From: an uncultured Verrucomicrobiota bacterium
GTDB taxonomy: Bacteria; Verrucomicrobiota; Verrucomicrobiia; Limisphaerales; UBA9464
Direction of reading: 5' to 3'
DNA length: 64,000 bases
Assembly: GCA_964474315.1 (NCBI GenBank)
Contig: CAYYSX010000001.1
Location: 578 to 64,577, forward strand
The first letter of the stretch is position 1; each line of letters begins with the position of its first letter. The position numbers were made by a program, and so were the translations under genes. The notes beneath the pieces are model-generated. The model saw only the letters and a program-made list of their open reading frames with translations. It searched no databases and was not told the DNA's origin. Below, one piece after another: positions 38,601 through 47,043 of this stretch.

Positions 38601-39390
38601 GGAACCGGCCGTCGGTCCACGAAACATCGCGGAATTGTCCGGTCCCGTCATTAGTCAGCAACCGGTCCGGCTCGCCGTACTCCAGGACCTGCCCGTCCAA
38701 CAGGGTCAGTCGATTGGTCAGCGACGGGGGGATCGCCGGCCGGCCGTTGATCAGACGCAATTGGACTTCGCCCCGGTCCCGAATGTCATCGAAGCGGTTG
38801 TTGGTCACATACACGTCCACCGTGCCGTTCCCATCCACGTCCGCCAGCGCCAGGGTCATGCTCCCTTGGCGGGACGCGGTTTCGCCCATGGTGAGGCCGT
38901 CGCCAAAGCGCCCGCCGCCCAGATTGCGGAACCAGCGGATTCCTCCGCCCATCGTGCTTAAGAGAAGGTCCGGCGCACCGTCCCCATTGAGATCCGCCAG
39001 CACCACGCCGCGGTTGGGGGCGTTGGTGGCCACCAACCCGGAGCCCGTCGTCACGTTGGTGAAGCGTCCCGCCCCGAGGTTCCGGTAAAGTTCCAGCCGG
39101 CCTTCCAGCCCGGCCAACACCAAGTCGGGCCGGCCGTCGCCATCCACATCGCCCGCCGCCACCCCCGACCCATTGAAGAACGTTCGGTTGATGGCTCCGT
39201 CGGCGTCTCGCAGGACGTTGGTGAAGTTGACGCCGGTCTCGGAGGGGGACAGCAAAACAAACCCCGTCCGGCCTTGGGAGGGGACGGTCAAGGCCCGCGA
39301 TCGACCGCCCGGGAACTCCACCCACTCTTCGGCGGCGGCCACCCAAGTGGCTGCCAAGACCAACTGGGTAACCAGAACGCGGGCCGCCAT
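35692..39390 (-). CDS. CRTAC1/ASPIC-UnbV family protein with two FG-GAP (VCBS) propeller plus UnbV_ASPIC modules
   Basis: Many D.(D/N)GDG..D(L/I) FG-GAP motifs are present. Two UnbV_ASPIC-like segments are RIAVRLKGRTPNTEALGAVVTLRAPGRPVQRQEVIGGGRYLSGSD and LRVKLAGPPGNPTGIGAVVQLIHGAGHGPARELHAGAGYLSTD. The start is at MAARVLV (39390). Confidence 0.8.
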   Translation of the reverse strand: MAARVLVTQLVLAATWVAAAEEWVEFPGGRSRALTVPSQGRTGFVLLSPSETGVNFTNVLRDADGAINRTFFNGSGVAAGDVDGDGRPDLVLAGLEGRLELYRNLGAGRFTNVTTGSGLVATNAPNRGVVLADLNGDGAPDLLLSTMGGGIRWFRNLGGGRFGDGLTMGETASRQGSMTLALADVDGNGTVDVYVTNNRFDDIRDRGEVQLRLINGRPAIPPSLTNRLTLLDGQVLEYGEPDRLLTNDGTGQFRDVSWTDGRFRDEFGNPVGGPPLDWGLSVTFRDLNGDGAPDLYVCNDFWTPDRVWINDGRGIFQALSTSALRQISGSSMGVDLADLNEDGRPEIFVVDMLSRDLAWRKQQREAQTESPAVPGVFTNQPQTLRNTLFLAQSDGSYRELAAFAGVAASEWSWQPVFLDVDLDGRPDLLITSGHARDVQDRDAEAAVEARERDRKGIADPAERRRQIAHDRLANLQLYPRLNTPVVAFRNEGELRFRDVTSEWGTGRPAVYHGIATADFDGDGDLDLAINVLNGPAALFRNESTAPRIAVRLKGRTPNTEALGAVVTLRAPGRPVQRQEVIGGGRYLSGSDPLLVFAAGTNREPATLEVRWRDGTRRVIEGIQANREYEIRQEAGLDTAPPPPPVPAVEPWFEDRSALLQHRHTENTADDFGRQPLLPRRLSQSGPGVVWADWDGDGRDDLALGSGTGGRLAVFRNDPTGSFTPLAWPGLESSVVTDLLGIVPVPAGSGQHLLAALDRHAAPPGMSNVLAEFGPTPTPAQSDGRLPPEGFGPLALADFDGDGDLDLFAGGRARTGRYPEGGPSRILRREGERWVVDEANSQVVADSGSVNGAVWSDLDGDGFAELVLACEWGPIRIFRNERGTLKPWNPALVGGDQKSLEDLTGRWNGVTAGDFDGDGRLDLVATNWGENREDALPGRSPAWLIAVDGPGDGRLALVEAAWDHQRQALTPIRSLPELAEGMPWLVGQFHSFRAFSEATLSEVLGPQEPDSRRFEANILATILLLNRGDRFELRRLPDEAQWTPALAAVVADFDGDGAEDLFLSQNFFALRPGLPRRDAGQGLWLRGDGRGGLIPQPARLSGLNILGEQRGAATADFDRDGRPDLIVTQNGAETRLFRNRRGQPGLRVKLAGPPGNPTGIGAVVQLIHGAGHGPARELHAGAGYLSTDAPTIVLARPKGTGDAMHLRVRWPGGQVTEAEAAGGEAEIRVESPR

Positions 39391-39633
39391 TTTCCCGATA
39401 CTGCTCGGATGGCGCCGGAGGGGCAACCGGCTCGCCACAAAAATTGAATCGTCAACCAACAAAGGCTTGCAGCTTCCCGGTGACATCTGTATCAAAACCC
39501 AATCCCATGGCGTTTGCGTCCCCCAGCATTGCCCACTGGCACCTCTTCCGCGCTGGCCCGGAGTCTCGGGCGGTCGCGGAAAGGGTCCCGTCACCTGTTG
39601 CTCGCGCAGACGCCATGAATACACACACACACT

Positions 39634-42600
39634 ATGCGTAACCATTCAATCTGCGCTCTCCCGCGGTTGACGTCGTTGCTTGCCGCTGGAATCGGTCTAG
39701 GTACCGTTCTTCAGGCAGCCGAGGTCCTCACGTCGGGTTATGTGAAACGGGAGGTTTACTATCTCCCGGTTCTTCCCAACACGATCGCTGCGCTGACCGA
39801 CAGCCCGAACTTCCCCGACAGCCCGGATGCGGTCACCTACATCGATTCGTTCGCCAGCCCGCAGTCGGCTGATCCGAACGTAGAAAATTACGGTGGTCGG
39901 CTCTCCGGCTTCATCACGCCCAGTGAGACCGCCGATTACGTTTTCTTTGTGTCCTCGGATGATCCAGGTGCCTTCTACCTCAGCACCGATGAGGATCCGG
40001 CCAACAAGAAGTTGGTCGCCCAAGAGAACACTTGGTCGGATCCGTTGCGGTGGCAGAGCTCCGGAGGTGGCAGTTCGTTGGCCGACAAGCGTTCCGACCA
40101 GTTTGCCGGGACTCAATGGCCTGGAGGCGCGACCATTCACCTGGAGGCTGGGAAGAGATACTATGCCGAGATGCTCTGGAAAGAAGGGACCGGTGGTGAC
40201 AATGGCGGAGTGACGATGATCAAGGCCAGTGAAGTCGTCACCGTCCCGGACGACCCCTTTAGCAGTTATCCGGCGGACGATGATCCCTCCACGTTGACCG
40301 GTGCGCTGGTCAGCACTCTGGCCACGGATACGTTGGGCTTCCTGAAACAGCCGGAAAGCCAGACCATTTTGCAAAGCCGACCGGTGACCTTTTCGGTGAT
40401 CGCCGCCACTCCGCCCGGCAACCCTCCGCAAGATCCCACCAAGCTGGTGCCGGATGTCAGCTATCAGTGGCGCAAAAACGGAGTGGATATCCCGATCGAG
40501 TGGGATGAATTCGGCGAAAATCCCCTTCCGGGATCATCGGGCACGGCGAGTTACGTCATTCCCTCGGTCACGCTCGCGGACAATGACGCCAAATTCACCT
40601 GCGTCGTCACGGTTGTTTCCAGTGGCCAATCCGTCACCAGCGCGGAGGTCACCTTGACGGTCACGACCGATGACGTGGCTCCTACCATTGTGGGGGTGAC
40701 GGGTAGCCCCACCTTCAACTCGGCGACCCTCACCTTCGATGAAGCGGTGGACGTAAGTGGAGCCACATTCTCATTCACCGGCGGACTCACCGCGGGTGCC
40801 GTTACGGTGCTGGACCCGACTCGAGTTACGATCGCTACCTCAACTCAGGCGGAAGGAGCCGAATACACCGTGACGGTGAACGGGGTAAAGGATCTGGCTG
40901 GGAACGTGCTGACGGTCAACAATACCGCCAGCTTCAATGGCTACGTTTTCAAGGCCGGATTGGTTCAATACGGGACGTGGCAGAATCAAACAGGGGGATT
41001 TGACACGTGGGAGAATGGCACCGCGGATGATCCCACTCCGGTGAGGGACTTGCCTCCCACCACGAGGGCGATCAGAACTCTGTTTGAAGCCAACGAGGGC
41101 GATGAGTATGACAACTACTTCGGCCAGTTGACGGCGTACTTCATCCCGCCGACCACCGGAGACTATGTCTTCTTCATGTCGTCGGACGACCACGGTGAAC
41201 TCTGGCTGAGCACCGATGAGGATCCGGCGAACAAGAAACGGATTGCGGTGGAACCCACGTGGAATGATCGCCGGAATTGGTTGGGCGTTGATCGTCGTGG
41301 AGGCGAAGGGTTCCAGGAAAACCGTTCCGATCAATATTTTGAAACGGAGTGGCCTAGCGGAGCCACGATCAACCTCACGGCCGGCAACCGGTATTACATC
41401 GAATTGCTGTTCAAGGAAGGCGGCGGCGGTGACAACGGTGGCGCAACCTACAAGCTGGCCAGCGCGGCGGATCCGGCCAGCGGGACCGCCTCGACCATCA
41501 CCGGAAACGCCGTGGGAAGCTATGTCGATCCGGAGGGCCTTCCCCCCATCATTACCCAACGCCCGGTGGGCAAGGTGTTCGAGAAGGGGGAGAACATCGA
41601 GCTCTCGGTGACCGTCGATTCGCCCAGCGCCGTTACCTATCAATGGTTCCGGAACAAGAGGCCGATCCCAGGGGCGACCGCCAGCACCTTGGTGATCAAC
41701 AACGCCGGGGTGGCGGATATCGGTGACTACTATGTCGATGTGATCAGTCCCAACGGGACGGTCAGTTCCTACCCCGACAATGATTCGCGTCTGGTGATGA
41801 AAGGCGCCTATGTGATTGAAGCGGAAGATTTCAACTACGACAGCGGCAAGACCGTTGCCGCGGCCAGCACCATGCCCTTGGCAGCAGACCTGTTCCGAGG
41901 GTTGGACGGCATTCCGGACACGGATTTCCGCAACACCAGTCAAACCGACATGAATCCAAGTGTGAATGGATCCGACTACCGCAATGGCTGGGTGGATGAT
42001 GGCAACCCCATCGATCCTCCGTTTGATCCAGCCGGTGGCAATCTGGGTATCGCCTTGGATAACGGTGGTGGCAATACCGAGCGCCCGGACTTCACCTTGG
42101 CCAACAACTACAAGATTGGTTGGAACGGAAGCGGCAATTGGTGGAACTACACGCGCGACTTCCCGGAGGGCACCTACAACGCAGTCTGGGTGGGTTCGCG
42201 TGATGGACGGGCGGAGGATGCCTATGGACGTGTCCTCGAGTTGGTGACGGGCGATCCGACCCAGCCTAACGCCGCTGCAACCGTTTTGGCTGAGCTGACG
42301 TTCAGTGGTACCGGTGGGTGGAGCTCGAACGATTACATTCCGTTCCTCGCCCCGGGTAGCACTTCGTTAGCACAACTGACCTTGGGCGCAGGGACAACCC
42401 TTCGGCTGCGCATCAATGTGGGCGATGGAGATAACGACTTCCTGTTGTTCTATCCGGCTGAGCCGGTTGTCGTGGGACCGGAGATCACCAGTGTGGTCCT
42501 CAATCCCAACGGTTCGATTACCATCAAGTGGACCGGCGGTGGCCAGTTGGAAGCAGCGCCGACTCTGAACGGTCCTTACACTCCCGTACCGGATGCCACG

Positions 42601-42666
42601 GGTGGGGAATACACCTGGACCCCGGGAGCAACGGATACACAGTTGTTCGGACGAATCAGGGATTGA
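39634..42666 (+). CDS. giant secreted protein with two PA14-like domains, Ig-like/SbsA-Ig domains and a CBM6-like domain
   Basis: The PA14-like pair is YGGRLSGFITPSETADYVFFVSSDDPGAFYLSTDEDPANKK and YFGQLTAYFIPPTTGDYVFFMSSDDHGELWLSTDEDPANKK. Ig-like segments include SYQWRKNGVDIP and TYQWFRNKRPIPGA. YVIEAEDFNYDSG is a CBM6/35-type motif. Confidence 0.75.
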   Translation: MRNHSICALPRLTSLLAAGIGLGTVLQAAEVLTSGYVKREVYYLPVLPNTIAALTDSPNFPDSPDAVTYIDSFASPQSADPNVENYGGRLSGFITPSETADYVFFVSSDDPGAFYLSTDEDPANKKLVAQENTWSDPLRWQSSGGGSSLADKRSDQFAGTQWPGGATIHLEAGKRYYAEMLWKEGTGGDNGGVTMIKASEVVTVPDDPFSSYPADDDPSTLTGALVSTLATDTLGFLKQPESQTILQSRPVTFSVIAATPPGNPPQDPTKLVPDVSYQWRKNGVDIPIEWDEFGENPLPGSSGTASYVIPSVTLADNDAKFTCVVTVVSSGQSVTSAEVTLTVTTDDVAPTIVGVTGSPTFNSATLTFDEAVDVSGATFSFTGGLTAGAVTVLDPTRVTIATSTQAEGAEYTVTVNGVKDLAGNVLTVNNTASFNGYVFKAGLVQYGTWQNQTGGFDTWENGTADDPTPVRDLPPTTRAIRTLFEANEGDEYDNYFGQLTAYFIPPTTGDYVFFMSSDDHGELWLSTDEDPANKKRIAVEPTWNDRRNWLGVDRRGGEGFQENRSDQYFETEWPSGATINLTAGNRYYIELLFKEGGGGDNGGATYKLASAADPASGTASTITGNAVGSYVDPEGLPPIITQRPVGKVFEKGENIELSVTVDSPSAVTYQWFRNKRPIPGATASTLVINNAGVADIGDYYVDVISPNGTVSSYPDNDSRLVMKGAYVIEAEDFNYDSGKTVAAASTMPLAADLFRGLDGIPDTDFRNTSQTDMNPSVNGSDYRNGWVDDGNPIDPPFDPAGGNLGIALDNGGGNTERPDFTLANNYKIGWNGSGNWWNYTRDFPEGTYNAVWVGSRDGRAEDAYGRVLELVTGDPTQPNAAATVLAELTFSGTGGWSSNDYIPFLAPGSTSLAQLTLGAGTTLRLRINVGDGDNDFLLFYPAEPVVVGPEITSVVLNPNGSITIKWTGGGQLEAAPTLNGPYTPVPDATGGEYTWTPGATDTQLFGRIRD

Positions 42667-42687
42667 TTCTTCGAGGTTGAAAGCAAA

Positions 42688-42723
42688 CGGGGCTGGAACA
42701 TCTCCAGCCCCGTTCTTTTTTTT
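42688..42723 (+). terminator. Rho-independent terminator of the 39634-42666 gene
   Basis: The 10-bp stem is CGGGGCTGGA / TCCAGCCCCG with loop ACATC. It is followed by TTCTTTTTTTT. Confidence 0.9.
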
Positions 42724-42768
42724 GGAACGAGATGCGCCATTATTCCCTCCGTTCCTGACATTCCGTCC

Positions 42769-44337
42769 ATGCCGGTCCCAGCGGTCCAGTTCGCGGTAAG
42801 TTTCTGCCTGCTGTTGGCCGCTGCCCGCAGTCTGGCCTCCGAGCCGGCTGCTCCCAATCCTCAAGATCGCCTGTCTGTCGCTCGCGGCGCCCAATTGGCA
42901 CGAACCCACTGCGTCACCTGTCACCTGTTTCCGGAACCGGATGCCCTGGATCGGAAGACTTGGTTCGAGCAGATCCTTCCTCGAATGAAATACCGGCTGG
43001 GATTCTCCAGTCCGGATTTGGAACAGAGCGCCAATATTCGCCTCCTTCGTGAGCATCGTCGGATTCCACTTTCTCCGGTCATTACTGAAGCCCAATGGCT
43101 GGACATCGCCGCTTATTATCTGGCGAACGCACCGGAAAAGGCGCTGCCGCAGGTGTCCGCCCCGCCGATTGAGGTCGGAATTCCAGGATTCCGCGCTTTG
43201 CCCCTTCCCATTCGGTCGCCCCAGCCGGCCGTCACCACGGTACGCATTCTCCCGGACGGTGGAGCTCTGGCGGCGGATGATCTCGGGAAAAGCCTGCACT
43301 GGATCCGCCCCGACGGTCGGATGGCTGGCTCCTTGGAAGTCAGCAACACCGTCAGCGCCTTACGATGGATGTCCAACGGAGTGCTCGCCGCTGGCTTGGG
43401 AAGCTTTCTTCCGTCGGATGACCTTCGCGGGAGCGTTTTCTGGCTAACCCAGTCCAATGGCTGGCAGGCCTCGCCTTCGGTGATTTCCGAGCTTCCCCGC
43501 ACCACCGATGCCAACGCCGCCGATCTCAACGGAGACGGACGGCTCGATCTGGTCGTGAGCAGCTTTGGCAACAACCTCGGCCGACTGTCCTGGTGGGAAG
43601 CACGGCCCGAAGGAGGCTATCGCGAACGGGAGCTGTTCCCCCTTCCCGGAACGCTGAAAACCGAGATCGCCGATTTCACCGGGGACGGACTTCTCGATAT
43701 TGCGGCGCTGGTGGCCCAGGAGACGGAGGCGTTGTATCTATTCGTCGGTGACGGCAAAGGAGGTTTCGAGCGACGAACCGTCTTCCAGCGCCCGCCCTAT
43801 TGGGGACACAGCCACTTTGTCATCGCCGATTTCAATGGAGACGGCCGGCCCGATTTCCTGGTGGCCAACGGCGACAACGGGGAGTTTTCGTCACCGTCGA
43901 AGCGTTGCCATGGCATCCGTCTGTACGGCTCTCGCCCCGGTGGAAACTGGGTCGAGGAGTTCTTCATCCCCTTGTACGGTGCGTATCAGTTGGCTGCCCG
44001 GGATTTCGATCGGGACGGTGACCTGGATATCGCCGCGATCTCCTTCTTCCCCGATTATGAAAAGTCGCCGCGAGGGAGTTTCGTCTATCTGCAAAACCAA
44101 GGGGCAAACCAGTTCCGGGGATTCACCTTCTCGGAGAGCGCGATTGGCCGCTGGCTGTCGTTGGACGCAGGCGATTTCGACGGAGATGGTGATGACGACC
44201 TGCTGCTGGGTTCCTATATCAGAGGACCCACCCCCGTCCCTCGGATTCTCATGGAGGCTTGGGAGGAAGCTCGGCGCCCTCTCCTGCTTCTCCAGAACCA
44301 GATCAATTCCCCTCCCGGCTCCGTCTCGTCCCCGTGA
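42769..44337 (+). CDS. FG-GAP/VCBS repeat protein with an N-terminal CxxCH heme-binding motif
   Basis: After the signal peptide comes ARTHCVTCHLFPEPDALDRKTW (CxxCH). Five FG-GAP motifs follow (DLNGDGRLDLVV, DFTGDGLLDIA, DFNGDGRPDFLV, DFDRDGDLDIA, GDFDGDGDDDLLL). Confidence 0.75.
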   Translation: MPVPAVQFAVSFCLLLAAARSLASEPAAPNPQDRLSVARGAQLARTHCVTCHLFPEPDALDRKTWFEQILPRMKYRLGFSSPDLEQSANIRLLREHRRIPLSPVITEAQWLDIAAYYLANAPEKALPQVSAPPIEVGIPGFRALPLPIRSPQPAVTTVRILPDGGALAADDLGKSLHWIRPDGRMAGSLEVSNTVSALRWMSNGVLAAGLGSFLPSDDLRGSVFWLTQSNGWQASPSVISELPRTTDANAADLNGDGRLDLVVSSFGNNLGRLSWWEARPEGGYRERELFPLPGTLKTEIADFTGDGLLDIAALVAQETEALYLFVGDGKGGFERRTVFQRPPYWGHSHFVIADFNGDGRPDFLVANGDNGEFSSPSKRCHGIRLYGSRPGGNWVEEFFIPLYGAYQLAARDFDRDGDLDIAAISFFPDYEKSPRGSFVYLQNQGANQFRGFTFSESAIGRWLSLDAGDFDGDGDDDLLLGSYIRGPTPVPRILMEAWEEARRPLLLLQNQINSPPGSVSSP

Positions 44338-44359
44338 CGCTGATGGTGTTTCAACTGCC

Positions 44360-44782
44360 TCAGGTTTCCCCGAAGACATGCAGCACCAGCCGGCGCTGAT
44401 GGGGCGAGGTTCGATGCTCCCAAACATAGATTCCTTGCCAGGTTCCGAGCGCCAGACTGCCCCGCACCACTGGGATGGAGAGCTGGACCCCCAGCAAGGC
44501 CGAGCGGATGTGGGCCGGCATGTCATCCTCGCCTTCGGCCGTATGGACAAACCCACTGTAACCATCCGGAACCAGCTCACTGAAGAAGGTCTCAAAGTCC
44601 CGGCGAACCTCTGGGTCGGCATTCTCCTGAATCACGAGAGAGGCCGAGGTGTGCCGCAGAAACAGCGTGCAAAGTCCCGTCTGGATGCCCGTTTTCCTCA
44701 GCCAGTGGCTGACGTCGCGGGTGACTTCATGGAATCCACGGCTCCGGGTGGGCACGACCAGTTCAGAGATGGCATGAGTCAT
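44360..44782 (-). CDS. yjbQ: YjbQ/UPF0047 family protein (secondary thiamine-phosphate synthase)
   Basis: The protein is 140 aa from MTHAISELV. Motifs are LFLRHTSASLVIQENADP, DMPAHIRSALLG and LGTWQGIYVWEHR. Confidence 0.8.
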   Translation of the reverse strand: MTHAISELVVPTRSRGFHEVTRDVSHWLRKTGIQTGLCTLFLRHTSASLVIQENADPEVRRDFETFFSELVPDGYSGFVHTAEGEDDMPAHIRSALLGVQLSIPVVRGSLALGTWQGIYVWEHRTSPHQRRLVLHVFGET

Positions 44783-44792
44783 GGGAGGAGCT

Positions 44793-45632
44793 TTACGCCG
44801 AACTCTGAGGCGGTGCGAGGCTCCGGGTGAGCGTGGCAAAGGACTCCAGGCTGACCGTTTCGGCACGGGCGGTTGCGGCAATGCCGGCGGTCGCCAACGC
44901 GGCCACCAAACGGTCCGCAGGCCAATGAGGGCGCAACAGCTTCCCCAGCATCTTCCGCCGCTGACTGAAAGCGGTTTTGACAACCCGGGCGAATAGCGGA
45001 ATAGCCTCATCCGGAAGCAAGGGGATGCTCCGCCGCACCAGGGTGACGCAGGCCGAATCCACTTCGGGTACCGGGTGGAAACAGTCGCGCGGGATTTTGA
45101 ACCAGCCGGCTACCTCATAGTGCAGGCCCACGAGCAGGGTCAGGATTCCATAGACCGCGGAGCCCGGCGCAGCAGCCAGGCGTTGAACGACCTCGAGCTG
45201 AAGGGTGGCGACCATCCGCTCGGGAGGCGAAGGGTTGAGGGCGAGTTCCACCAGAATTGGCGATCCCACCGAATACGGCAGGTTCGCCACGAGCTTCCAC
45301 CCGCTCCAGTCGTGCGGCGCGCTCCGCAACCAGTTCAACGCATCCATCTCCAGCAGCTCGAACCGCGAATTCCCTTCCCACCGGTCCCGCAGCACGGCAC
45401 ACAAACGGGCATCCTTTTCCACCGACAGCACCGGTCCTCCCCCGACCAACAGCAGTTCAGTCAGCGGTCCCAGCCCCGGTCCAATCTCCAGAATGCGGTC
45501 GGTCGGAGTGAGTTCGGCCGCCGCCACGATCCGGCGTAGTTGATTGCCGTCGTGGAGGAAGTTCTGACCCAGCGACTTCGTTAGTTGGAGTCCGCGCACT
45601 TCGATCAGGCGGCGCATTTCCGATAAGGTCAT
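44793..45632 (-). CDS. rsmA: 16S rRNA (adenine1518/1519-N6)-dimethyltransferase
   Basis: Motifs are LGQNFLHD, ILEIGPGLGPLTELL and VANLPYSVGSPIL. The start ATG overlaps the upstream stop in an ATGA at 45629-45632. Confidence 0.88.
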   Translation of the reverse strand: MTLSEMRRLIEVRGLQLTKSLGQNFLHDGNQLRRIVAAAELTPTDRILEIGPGLGPLTELLLVGGGPVLSVEKDARLCAVLRDRWEGNSRFELLEMDALNWLRSAPHDWSGWKLVANLPYSVGSPILVELALNPSPPERMVATLQLEVVQRLAAAPGSAVYGILTLLVGLHYEVAGWFKIPRDCFHPVPEVDSACVTLVRRSIPLLPDEAIPLFARVVKTAFSQRRKMLGKLLRPHWPADRLVAALATAGIAATARAETVSLESFATLTRSLAPPQSSA

Positions 45633-47032
45633 GACGAGCCCTTGGGTTGAGTTCGCCGCCGCTGGCGTGGACGGCTGATTGCGTCGAGTCCCTCCCCGAC
45701 GAGGGTCGCGGCGCGGTCCAGATCCGTGCCCTGGATCGTCAACGGTGGAGTGAAGCTCACCACCTCCCCGTGTTCGCCCTCCGGCAGAACGATCAGTCCG
45801 CGTGAAAGCAGCCATTTCACCAACGCCAACGCCTCAGTCGAAGCCGGCTGGTCGGTTTCCGTCCGCAGTTCCAGACCGGCCATCAAGCCCAGCCCGCGCG
45901 CTTGCACCCGCAGCGAACCCGCGGGTGCGGGCAGGGTTTGCAGGTTCTGCAGAAATCGCGCTCCCAACCGGGCACTCCGGTCGGGAAGGGCTTGGCGACG
46001 CAATTCCGCCATCTGCGCCAACGCCATGGCGCAACCGACCGGATGTCCAAGAAAGGTGCTGGTATGAATGGCCTCTCCCTGGCTGGGCGGCCAGCAATCC
46101 ATGAGTTCCGCACGTCCGACACAGGCCGAAAGGGGAAATCCCCCGGTCAAGGCCTTGCCGAGGCAGATCACGTCCGGAACCACGCCGGAGTGCTCACAGG
46201 CAAACCAGCGTCCCGTCCGTCCAAAGCCGGTGTAGATCTCATCGACGACGAGAAGGGCGTCGTGTTCGGTGGCGAGACGGCGCAGCAGAGGCAGGAAACC
46301 CGTCGGAGGAATGCGAATACCGCCCCGAGCCTGAACCGGCTCCACCAGGATGGCGCCGACCGGGCGACGGCGGAAGGCTTGGCGGACGTCGCGTTCGACC
46401 TGCTCCAAGCAGTTAGCTTCAGTCATCCCGCCGCGTCTCTCGCCTGAGCTGGTAGGCCAGTTCACGAACGTGCCGAACTCTCGCAGTTGATTGCGGAAGG
46501 GTTCGCGAAACAGGTCCCGTTGCGTGACATTCAACGCGCCGTAACCCAGCCCATGATACGCTCCGTGGAAGGCGATGATGCCTGGCCGGCCTGTGGCGAG
46601 CCGGGCCGTCTTCAGGGCTGCCTCCACCGCCTCAAATCCGGAGTTGCCGAAAATGGCCTTTCCGCGAGCCGGCTCGGAATCCCTGGACACATCGGGTCGC
46701 GCGGATGCGGCCCACCGTCCAAACGTGAGCTCGCTAAGTGTCTCCGCGAGTTCGGCCTTCAGCGCATGTGGGTGAACATCCCCCATGGCATGCAGAAGCC
46801 GGCTCATTTGCCGCTGGCCGGCGCGGACGACTGCCGGATTGGCATGACCGGCCGCCGCCACGCCGAATGCCGCAGTCAGGTCTAAATAGCGGCGCCCCTC
46901 GGCATCCCACACGCTGCAATTTCGCGCCCGTTCCCACACGATGGGCCATCCTCCGGCCGGATCCACATACGTGATGTTCCGCGACTCGAAGGCAGCCAGT
47001 CGGTTCAGGACGACCTGAGTGGGAGAAGACAT
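45629..47032 (-). CDS. class III (ornithine/GABA-type) PLP-dependent aminotransferase
   Basis: Motifs are DLTAAFGVAAAGHANP, GFEAVEAALKTAR, LVVDEIYTGFGRTG and the PLP lysine context VICLGKALTGG. The ATG is at 47032. An alternative TTG lies at 47047. Confidence 0.8.
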   Translation of the reverse strand: MSSPTQVVLNRLAAFESRNITYVDPAGGWPIVWERARNCSVWDAEGRRYLDLTAAFGVAAAGHANPAVVRAGQRQMSRLLHAMGDVHPHALKAELAETLSELTFGRWAASARPDVSRDSEPARGKAIFGNSGFEAVEAALKTARLATGRPGIIAFHGAYHGLGYGALNVTQRDLFREPFRNQLREFGTFVNWPTSSGERRGGMTEANCLEQVERDVRQAFRRRPVGAILVEPVQARGGIRIPPTGFLPLLRRLATEHDALLVVDEIYTGFGRTGRWFACEHSGVVPDVICLGKALTGGFPLSACVGRAELMDCWPPSQGEAIHTSTFLGHPVGCAMALAQMAELRRQALPDRSARLGARFLQNLQTLPAPAGSLRVQARGLGLMAGLELRTETDQPASTEALALVKWLLSRGLIVLPEGEHGEVVSFTPPLTIQGTDLDRAATLVGEGLDAISRPRQRRRTQPKGSS

Positions 47033-47043
47033 GATTCCGAAGT

